DNA of 64,000 nucleotides from Histomonas meleagridis 2922-C6/04-290x (Eukaryota; Protista; Parabasalia): NCBI GenBank assembly GCA_020184695.1, contig JAANOX010000235.1, positions 1 to 64,000 of the forward strand, read 5' to 3'. Shown piece by piece: positions 55,001 to 64,000 of this stretch (position 1 is its first letter; each line of letters starts with the position of its first letter). The notes under the pieces were generated by a model. It saw only the letters and a program-made list of their open reading frames with translations, ran no database searches and was not told where the DNA came from. The position numbers and the translations under genes were made by a program.

Positions 55001-55029
55001 AAAGGCCATGCATAACCGTCCAAACCGTT
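55001..55029 (-). promoter_or_regulatory. Parabasalid-type core promoter: M5 (CCTTT) preceded by two M3-like RRCGGTT motifs
   Basis: The minus strand reads AACGGTT-tg-GACGGTT-atgcatgg-CCTTT-cgatcttt-ATG. M5 is known from Trichomonas ribosomal protein genes. Confidence 0.7.
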
Positions 55030-55289
55030 GCGTTTGCTTTTAAATGATTTACAAATAATAAACTTTTTGAATGAATTATTTGATGCTATTCAACATAAAT
55101 GATTATAATTAATTACCTGGGCAAGACAAATCGAATTAAATGAAGTAATTTAATGCTTTTTACTTTTACTCACAGTTTTTATTGATCATAAAATTTCTTT
55201 TCTTAAGATTTTGGATAATTTAATTCATTACAATAATGAGAAATTCTTTCCTGTTTTTTTTTTTTAATGTCTTAACTACGCACGTGATA

Positions 55290-55915
55290 ACAATTTCCAA
55301 TTCAGCCACACAAATTGGACGTAATGGATTTCATTCATGTACTAATTTAGAACCATTATCATTAGCAAAAATGTAGAAGCAATTGGACATATTGGAATTT
55401 CTGAGCAAAATTTTAAAATGTGTTTATTACAGGTTATGCACCACCAACTACTATAAGTTCAATAATTCAAAGTGATACAACAATATCGCTTACATATTCT
55501 TTGACCATTGTTATATACTCTTTATGAAACACAAACTAAATCATTTTCATTATTTAATAACAATTCAACTTTTTTTCTATTGAAACACAGTTTATTCATT
55601 ATAATTGTGCATTTATTGTTGATTCAACGTATTAGAATATTATTCGAATTTCTTCACATATATTAATGGAAATGATATGCAAAAAGATGTTATAATAATT
55701 GTAATTATTGTTTGTATTGTTATTATTTTTATTATTGTAACATTACTTATATTGTTAATTTGAATTCGAAATCAAAAATTGGAAATTAATGGAAATGAAA
55801 CATAAGAACAAAATGAGACTATAAACACATTTGCAATAAGATTATCTAGTTCAAGCATTCAAGAAGATTATTTTGTTGTTGATTTTAATGAAGATAAATT
55901 TATCAAAAAATATAA
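55290..55915 (+). pseudogene. Degenerate BspA-like relic
   Basis: Fragments VITISNSATQIGRNGFHSCTNLE, a TM-like VIIVCIVIIFIIVTLL and a tail EDYFVVDFNEDKFI parallel the gene at 48358-49636; many stops and frameshifts. Confidence 0.65.
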
Positions 55916-56162
55916 ATATCGCAAATAATTGTTTTTTGGATATTTAAAACATTTTTGATAAATTAATGCTTTAATATGATTTCAATTGACTATAACTTTA
56001 GAAAACTAGAATATATTTCAATATTTAAGTAAAAATATTTATATAGTTAATTAAACTTTTTATTTTGTTACCATCATCATAGGAACCGTTAATATTTCAA
56101 TACTTTAAATGGTCGAATACTTAAATTGAATCATTAAATGCTCAACCAAAAAATGCCTTCAT

Positions 56163-56170
56163 AAGATCAT
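56163..56170 (+). promoter_or_regulatory. Initiator-like element of Hsp70
   Basis: gaTCATTttttt lies ~10 nt before the ATG, matching the parabasalid Inr consensus TCA(T/C)(T/A). Confidence 0.5.
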
Positions 56171-56179
56171 TTTTTTATT

Positions 56180-58123
56180 ATGTCAGCAATTGGTATTGAT
56201 CTTGGTACAACATATAGTTGTGTCGGTGTCTTCAGACACGGTCGTGTCGATATTATAGCAAATGATATGGGTAATCGTACAACCCCATCTTATGTTGCAT
56301 TCACCGAAGATGAAAGACTTGTTGGTGATGCCGCAAAGAACCAAGCAGCCATGAATCCAACAAACACAGTATTTGATGCCAAGCGTATGATTGGCCGTAA
56401 GTTTAGTGATCCAGTTGTTCAAAAAGATATGCAACATTGGCCATTCAAGGTTGTTCGTGGTGATGCAGATCGTCCAAGGATTCAAGTTCAATGGAAGGGT
56501 GAAACCAAACAATTCTATCCAGAAGAAATCTCAGCTATGGTTTTAGGTAAAATGAAGGAAATCGCCGAAAGCCAACTTTCCAACAAAGTTACTGATGCTG
56601 TTGTTACAGTTCCAGCATATTTCAACGATGGTCAACGTCAAGCCACAAAAGATGCAGGTGTTATTGCCGGATTAAATGTTCTTCGTATCATCAACGAACC
56701 AACAGCCGCTGCTATTGCATTTGGTCTTAACGAAAAATCTGATAACGAACGTCATGTTCTTATCTTCGATCTTGGCGGCGGTACATTTGATGTTTCATTA
56801 CTTGATATCGATGGCGGCATGTTCGAAGTGCGTGCCACAGCAGGTGATACACATCTTGGCGGTGAAGATTTTGATAATCGTATGGTTAATTACTTCGCAG
56901 ATCGTTTCCAAAAGAAGTTCAAATGCGACTTAAGACAATCGATACGTGCACTCCGTACATTACGAACAGCATGCGAACGTGCTAAGCGAACATTATCCAC
57001 AGCCACATCCGCATCAATTGTCTGCGATTCATTATATGAAGGCCACGACTTTATGGATAACATCTCACGTGCTATGTTCGAGAACTTAAATGATGAACTT
57101 TTCAGGTCAACAATGAATCCAGTCGCACAAGTTTTAAGAGATGCGAACATGTCGAAGTCCGATGTCACCGATATTGTTCTTGTTGGAGGTTCATCGCGTA
57201 TTCCACGTGTCCAACAATTGTTGCAAGACTTCTTCAACGGTAAGCAGCCATGTCGTGGTGTTGATCCTGATGAAGCAGTTGCATATGGTGCAGCAGTTCA
57301 AGCAGCAATTATCAAAGGCGATACACATGAAGAAATCAAAGATATCTTATTGTTAGATGTTGCACCGCTTTCATTAGGTATCGAAACAGCAGGTGAAATT
57401 ATGACAGTGCTGATTCCACGTAACACAACAATCCCATGCAAGAAGTCAAATGTCTTCACAACATTCTCCGATAACCAGCCTGCAGTTACAATCAAAGTTT
57501 ATGAAGGAGAACGTTCACGAACACGCGATAACAACTTGCTTGGTACATTCGATTTAACAGGCATTCCGCCAGCACCACGCGGCGTGCCACAGATTGAAGT
57601 TACATTCGATGTTAACGCAGATGGTATTATGAACGTTTCGGCACAAGATAAGTCGACAGGTAACGTGAAGAAGATTACGATTAAGAATGAGAAAGGACGT
57701 CTTTCACAAGCAGATATCGACAAAATGGTTGCAGACGCAGAGAAGTACAAAGCACAAGATGAAGAAGTGCGTAAGAAAGTGGAAGCGAAGAACGCACTCG
57801 AAGGATACTGCTTCGGCGTACGCAACTCATTAAATCAAGAGCAGTTCGCTAACGCATTGTCACAATCAGACAAGGACACAATCAACAAGGAAATCAATGA
57901 CGCGCTCGCATGGATCGACGCTAACCAAGACGCAGACGTCGCTACAATCGAAGCGAAGCAGAAGGAACTCGAAGGCAAACTGATGCCAATTATGCAATCG
58001 GCTTATCAACATGCGGCAGGCGGCGCACAAGGCGGAATGCCAGGCGCGAACATGCAAGGAGGAAGTGGAGCATCAGCAAATAGTGGACACTCATCAGGAC
58101 CACGTGTTGAAGAAGTCGATTAA
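56180..58123 (+). CDS. HSP70: Cytosolic Hsp70
   Basis: [46 protein letters not shown]; C-terminal GPRVEEVD. Confidence 0.98.
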   Translation: MSAIGIDLGTTYSCVGVFRHGRVDIIANDMGNRTTPSYVAFTEDERLVGDAAKNQAAMNPTNTVFDAKRMIGRKFSDPVVQKDMQHWPFKVVRGDADRPRIQVQWKGETKQFYPEEISAMVLGKMKEIAESQLSNKVTDAVVTVPAYFNDGQRQATKDAGVIAGLNVLRIINEPTAAAIAFGLNEKSDNERHVLIFDLGGGTFDVSLLDIDGGMFEVRATAGDTHLGGEDFDNRMVNYFADRFQKKFKCDLRQSIRALRTLRTACERAKRTLSTATSASIVCDSLYEGHDFMDNISRAMFENLNDELFRSTMNPVAQVLRDANMSKSDVTDIVLVGGSSRIPRVQQLLQDFFNGKQPCRGVDPDEAVAYGAAVQAAIIKGDTHEEIKDILLLDVAPLSLGIETAGEIMTVLIPRNTTIPCKKSNVFTTFSDNQPAVTIKVYEGERSRTRDNNLLGTFDLTGIPPAPRGVPQIEVTFDVNADGIMNVSAQDKSTGNVKKITIKNEKGRLSQADIDKMVADAEKYKAQDEEVRKKVEAKNALEGYCFGVRNSLNQEQFANALSQSDKDTINKEINDALAWIDANQDADVATIEAKQKELEGKLMPIMQSAYQHAAGGAQGGMPGANMQGGSGASANSGHSSGPRVEEVD

Positions 58124-58452
58124 ATGAATAAATTATATATTTTATGTTGATTAAATCTTATTGAAATGACATAAATCACAAATTAAATTAAAATATTTTT
58201 CTTGTGATTTTATAAGAAACAGTGCAATCAAATTATATCAATGTTTATTTGCAATGTTAGCTTTGGATTTAGTCATCAGCTGACATACATCATCAAGGAT
58301 TTGACAACAAAATATTGTTTTATTTAATAATTATCAGATTTAAATGAAGAATATCATTTATGAATATGCTTTGAGATGTTACTTCAAGATGAAATCTTCT
58401 TTTGATTCCGTTCATTTGCTAATAAAATCAGTATATTTTAAAGATTTTTTGC

Positions 58453-58872
58453 TTAAAATATAAGGAATTTGGTGATAATATTATTATTTATACAAATTTT
58501 AAAAAAAAAATTCCAAATTCTGATGAGTTCGCATTTATTTTCTTCTTTTTCAGGTAAGTAACCAACGCGGAGTGTGTAATAAAACAAATGTATTATATAG
58601 AAAATCGATAAGTAAAACAAGCGCCAATTCTTTTGATTGTTGGTTATGATGGAAAATAATTTAACTGCATGTAAGTAACTTTGTTTACGTGTTTTGATTT
58701 CTTTGTTTTTAGTGTCAGGTAAAAAGAAATAAATTATTATCGAAGAAATGAAAAACATACATGTTGACATCACAATGCAAATTTGAGAATTCTTGAAACC
58801 AAAATTTAAGTATATTTGATACATATGGACATTGAAATGCAAGTCCAAGAATAAAAGAATAGTAACAAACAA
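58453..58872 (-). other. Hydrophobic ORF, possible transporter remnant
   Basis: FFISSIIIYFFLPDTKNKEI resembles the MFS C-terminal FxxPETK motif; non-ATG start and AT-rich, so it may be spurious. Confidence 0.2.
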
Positions 58873-61800
58873 AATAATGGATCTGGAAATTATTGAGTCA
58901 AGTTGATTTTTTTCTTTTTAGATTTGAACCACTTAACTAACTTCATGATAAATAAATTTTATTAATCCAGAAATAATCGTTTATGCTACTAAATTCATGA
59001 GTACTGGGTTATCTGACTTTACGCTTTCGTCTCTTTCTTTCTCAATTTCCTTTGGTCTTCGATATTATAAAAAACTTGCTAAAAATAATTAAAGCTATAT
59101 GTAGTGCTCCAATGGTTACCACGTTGAGATCATTTACTTAAAAATTAATTTTCTATCACAATTTGAATTAAATGCAAATAATAAATTATCTAAATGTATT
59201 ATTTTTTTTCAAAACTGTATTTCCTTTGTATCGTTCGCCGATGGCCTCATTCTGAAGTTTATCAAAAACACAATTTTGGATTTTTATGAGGCATTCTGTG
59301 CTATAGACAGAGATATAACTTGGCGATTTGCCATTGGAACCTGAAAAGAAGCAATCTCCAACATGTACTGTGAACTCGAAACATACACTAGCAGTTTAAG
59401 CTTTGGCTCCACAATAAGTTATGTTTTGCATAAGAAATACTTGAAGTATATGATGTTTCTTTTTGTGATCCTGAAAATATTGCTCCAAATCTTTCATTAA
59501 AACTCCCAGTGATCGAAGAGTACTAAAGAGAAAAAAGTTGTGAAAACTTGCGATAAAGAGATCCACCTTAGAGAGATGAATATTTTGTGGAAATACAAAT
59601 ATGGATTGTTATGTTTGCGGAAATTTGACCAACAATTTCTACTTTTTGTTGCTTCTTCAATTTTTTATAAATCAAAAATGTTAACTGAGAACAGAAGTAA
59701 ATTAAATATCCTTCCTGTTTTAACTTTCCTATGAAAGAATTGAATTTTTTAAATTGTGTTATTTTAGAGGTACTCAAACTGGGAAAATTTACATATTCTG
59801 ATGAATTTTTTGATTTTTATTAAGTCCTTATCATCACTTAAGTAAAAATCTGTCTTCAAATTGAGAAAAAAATTACAGATCGAAATGGAAATTTCGAAAC
59901 CGATTTTTTCAAAATATATATTTTTTAAGACCAATCTTAATTATTTTTGATGTATATGATTTTTTTAAAAATGGTAGTTCTTGAAATCTTAAGAATGATT
60001 TTTTTCATTCAATTTTCTTCATTTTATTATCACTTTATTTTAAATCGTATCTAAAAAGCTCTGTGAAGTTGTGTTGGTCTTTTTTTTCTAGTTATAATAT
60101 TAAAATAAAGTAGATATTAAAATATAAATATTATATTTTTCAATTTTAATGATTTACCAAGATATTTATATTTCGATGGTCAAAAAGTACTCAAAAATTG
60201 GTTTTTTATATATTTTTTGTTATGTGATTATTTTCAATCAAAATTTTTGTAATTAAAATAGTTTTATTTGGCTTCACAAATATATTGGTTGCAGAAAATG
60301 AGACTTTAATTTTTCGATATTATTATTTGATAAAAATTTAAGAGATGAATAAAACCTAACGTTTAAATGTGTCAAATAATATATAATCGATTAGTAATAT
60401 TTTCATATATATGGTTATGCAAAATATGCATTTTTGATTGAAAAACATGAGATTTTTATTTGTTTGATAAAAAAAAATGAACATTTTGAACACATTTTTT
60501 GGCAATAAAAAAATATTGTGCAATAGTTTTTTAATGGGGCCCACCTAATTATAAAGTTTAATATTCATTTATATATGAGCCAGCCTGACTATATATTTGT
60601 ACTGCTGAAATTTTTTTATGCTTCATTCTTTCAGAAATGTTTCCCAAAAAAAAATAAATTGAATAATTTACAATTCATTGGTTAACTTTTTGAATTAAAA
60701 TTCGTAATTTGAATATGTACGGTTTTTCTTAATTCAATGTTTCAATGCATATAGAAAATGATGTCGTTAACCTCACAAATTGGCTTTTTCGATCGAAAAA
60801 TTCAAAAATGACCATATAGTCATGATATAAAATATAAAAATCACCATTGACAGATGCCTCACTATTTATATCCGGTATTCCTGAATTTAAATATGATAAA
60901 TCGATCATTTTTTATGAATAAAGATAATGGAGATAAAGATATCAACTCGAAATATATAAATTTAATAATACTATTCGATCGATGTCTGATTCATTAACGA
61001 CTCAGAAAATTAAACAAGAAAATACATCAGATATTATTTTTTAATTTATTTATGATTGATATTTATCAAAATAAAATATGTAAAATATGATATAATTATG
61101 ATAGATTTAACAAATAATATTGTAAAATATCATAAATTACTTCAAATTTCTCACATTCATGATGAAAAGACAAAAATATATTTAAATTTAATAAAAAAAC
61201 ATTCGATAATGATAAAAATACGAAAACAAAAAATCACAAGCTATTCATAGAAATATTCAATATCAAGGAAAAAGAGAAAAAATATAATGAAGAACAAAAA
61301 ACGGATTAAAAATAATCTTTTTCCTATCTGCATTTTTCAATTCACCAGAATATTGATCATTCGTAATAATTTAAATAAAAAATATTCTTAAAAAATAATC
61401 AAATTTTTTTATTCACAAATAAATAAAGAAGAGCGCCACTTCATATAAAAAGTTGCATTTGCATAAATCTTGGAGAAGTTGTTTTTTTCATGTATTTTCA
61501 CTTTTTCTCAAAATTTCAATAAAAATGATCAAGGTAATAGTTTAGAAAATAAATATATCTACATACAATATTACTATATAGGAAATATTCCAAAATTCCC
61601 GAAAAAGTATGGTCGAAATCATATCGCATTTGGAAAGATTGAACAGTCAAAATTTCATAACGAGGGTATTTTTGCAATCTACTGCCGATGCCATTATTAA
61701 CATAAAATTATTGTTGAAAAGATATTGCAGAATTTGAAGTTTGAGGAACTCTCTAAGAACACTCATTAATACAATTGTTATTCTTCGTATTTTTATTGAT

Positions 61801-61962
61801 TTCTTATCTGAAAATTCTTTTTTTATTATTTTGAAATGACTTTTTACAAGAGAAATGAATGAGATCTCATTATCTTCTGAATTGTAGTATTTTTCAAAAA
61901 AAAAAAAAAAAAAAAAAAATCATATCATTTCAACAATAATAATAACAAAAAAAAAAAATGAT

Positions 61963-63947
61963 TTATTTAATATCATTTCCTTTGTATTCACGTAGTAATT
62001 TAACTATTTCTGTATAACCGTTCCAAGATGCTTTCATAAGTGCTGTATTAAATAATTTAAATAATTTCCAAATATTATTTTGAAATAGAAAATTATTAAA
62101 ATAAATTTTAAATAAAACAAACAAACACCCCCAACACCAACATCATTTCCTTTGTATTCACGTAGTAATTTAACTATTTCTGTATGACCATTCCAAGATG
62201 CTTTCATAAGTGCTGTATTAAATAATTTAAATAATTTCCAAATATTATTTTGAAATAGAAAATTATTAAAATAAATTTTAAATAAAACAAATAAATATCT
62301 TTAACATTAATATCAATTCCTTCTTGTTCAAGAAGTAATTTAACTATTTCTGTATAACCTTCATAAGATGCCCACATAAGTGCTGTATTAAATAATTTAA
62401 ATAATTTCCGTATGTCGTTTTGAAATATAAAATTATTAAAATAAATAATATCTTTAGCATTAATATCAATTCCTTCTTGCTCAAGAAGTAATTTAACTAT
62501 TTCTGTATGACCATTCCAAGATGCAAACATAAGTGCTGTATTAAATAATTTAAATAATTTCCAAATATTATTTTGAAATATCAAATTATTAAAATAAACA
62601 TCAAATAAAACAAATAAATATTTTTGATATTAATATCAATTCCTTCTTGTTCAAGAAGTAATTTAACTATTTCTGTATGACCAAAAAAAAATGCTTTCAT
62701 AAGTGCTGTTTCAATTAATTTAAATAATTTCCAAATATTATTTTGAAATATGAAATAATAAAAATAAATATTATCTTTAGCATTAATATCAATTCCTTCT
62801 TGTTCAAGAAGTAATTTAACTATTTCTATATGACCATTATAAGATGCTAAAATAAGTGCTGTTAAAAATAATTTAAATAATTTCCAAATATTATTTTGAA
62901 ATATAAAATTATTAAAATAAATATTAAACAAAACAAATAAATATCTTTAACATTAATATCAATTCCATGTTTTAAAAAGTACTTAATTAATTGTTCATGA
63001 TTATACTTTGATGCCCATAAAAATGCTTTTTCAAAAAAATTAATGAAATTTTAAATAAATATTTATCACATAGAATTATGTAATTTAACATCGTCATTCT
63101 CAATCTTAATTCCTTTTTGTTTGATGAGCCATTTCACTACCATAGGGTTTCCATATCCAAGAAATTGGGAAAAAGTTCTTTTTAATCATTTTTGTTTCAT
63201 AAAATATATGTATAAATGGAAGATAATGTAAACTTAATACACCAGCTTTGAGTAAAAGATATAATTTTTGATAAACCTTCTTTCTCTAAAAAAGATAAAA
63301 TTTCATAATTAATGTGTTTTAAGCATTGTATTCCTAATTCATTTATATCTTTGTTAAAGATTAAGTTTTTTCTTTCTTCAAATTTTTGATTTCTTTCATC
63401 ATAAAAATAATAAAAAACGTCATTTCGATGAAATTGAATTGCTGTTTCTAATACATAGCTAATAGTCGAATTATTTTGTATGCATAAATGAATAATTTCT
63501 AAATTTCCGCCTGCAATCGCATATTTTAATGTATTTTTAACATTTGATCCATTAATTAATAAAAACTTAAAACATTTAATTGACTTATAAAATGCACAAA
63601 AAAATCAATTAATGAAACATTTTTTTATGATTAACAAATGAATGTTTTTTATAAGGTGATGGTTCAATTGTTTGATTGAAGTCAAATTTATTTTGCGTTG
63701 ACATTTCTTGTAATTCTTCTAAATTATCATTTCGAAGAATCTCCAATATATGATTTTCTTTCTGATTTTCTTTGTCTTCTTTATTTATAATTTTTTTTAA
63801 ATAATAATAAAGATTTGAAGGTATCATTTTATGGTCGTTCATTTCGTTAAGAAGACATTCTGATTCACTTGTATTTTTTATGTAAAGATAAATGGTTAAT
63901 ACCTTAAGTAGTTTTGAAAAACTTAAATTTTTTGTATTTAATAACAA
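61963..63947 (-). CDS. DUF3447 + ankyrin repeat gene with spacer-interrupted repeats (5' end uncertain)
   Basis: ILEILRNDNLEELQE...FDFNQTIEPS; after a frameshift LIDFCAFYKSIKCFKFLL..YAIAGGNLEII; 90-nt ankyrin cores at 62773-62862, 62620-62709, 62450-62539 and 62297-62386; stop at 61963-61965. Confidence 0.7.
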
Positions 63948-64000
63948 GTTTAAAAATGAAATGTATAATTTTGCATCTTTATTTTGCGTAAAATAAGCCA

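Noticed and set aside
59200-61760. Coding-like fragments in a long AT-rich gap
   Set aside because: No sustained frame or recognisable motif; short ORFs are expected by chance.
61972-62145. Extra copy of the terminal ankyrin unit joined by caaacacccccaacaccaac
   Set aside because: The low-complexity junction and adjacent A-runs look like low-quality sequence; it cannot be distinguished from an assembly artefact.

Overview
AT-rich, gene-dense eukaryotic DNA, most likely from a parabasalid (Tritrichomonas/Histomonas/Trichomonas-like). The evidence is intronless housekeeping genes, TCA(T/C)T initiator-like motifs just before ATGs, M3+M5 promoter motifs on a ribosomal protein gene, and DUF3447-ankyrin and BspA families. 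Recognisable genes: tRNA-Thr(AGT), Aha1-like, RalGAP-beta/tuberin-like, DENN, nucleoside phosphorylase, RNA polymerase AC19, Sec3-like, ValRS, SMC3, RPS7 and cytosolic Hsp70. Four things stand out. (1) Three ankyrin-repeat genes have every repeat interrupted at the same point by an AT-rich spacer, mostly 60-83 nt. These spacers lack GT-AG or parabasalid intron signals, often break frame or carry stops, and most keep a GGA exactly 23 nt before the next Thr codon. They are candidate non-canonical introns or recoding elements. (2) A 169-aa secreted-looking polyprotein alternates acidic spacers with cationic amphipathic, Pro-rich and Cys-loop peptides, all bounded by Asn. It is a candidate legumain-processed antimicrobial peptide precursor. 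(3) A decayed Polinton/virus-like insertion carries a divergent PolB and two minor-capsid-like ORFs. (4) A 3.5-3.9 kb inverted segmental duplication shows reciprocal gene defects in its two arms. Many long homopolymer runs and 1-nt frameshifts suggest long-read assembly errors, so single frameshifts are treated cautiously. All family assignments come from motif recognition by eye; no searches were run.
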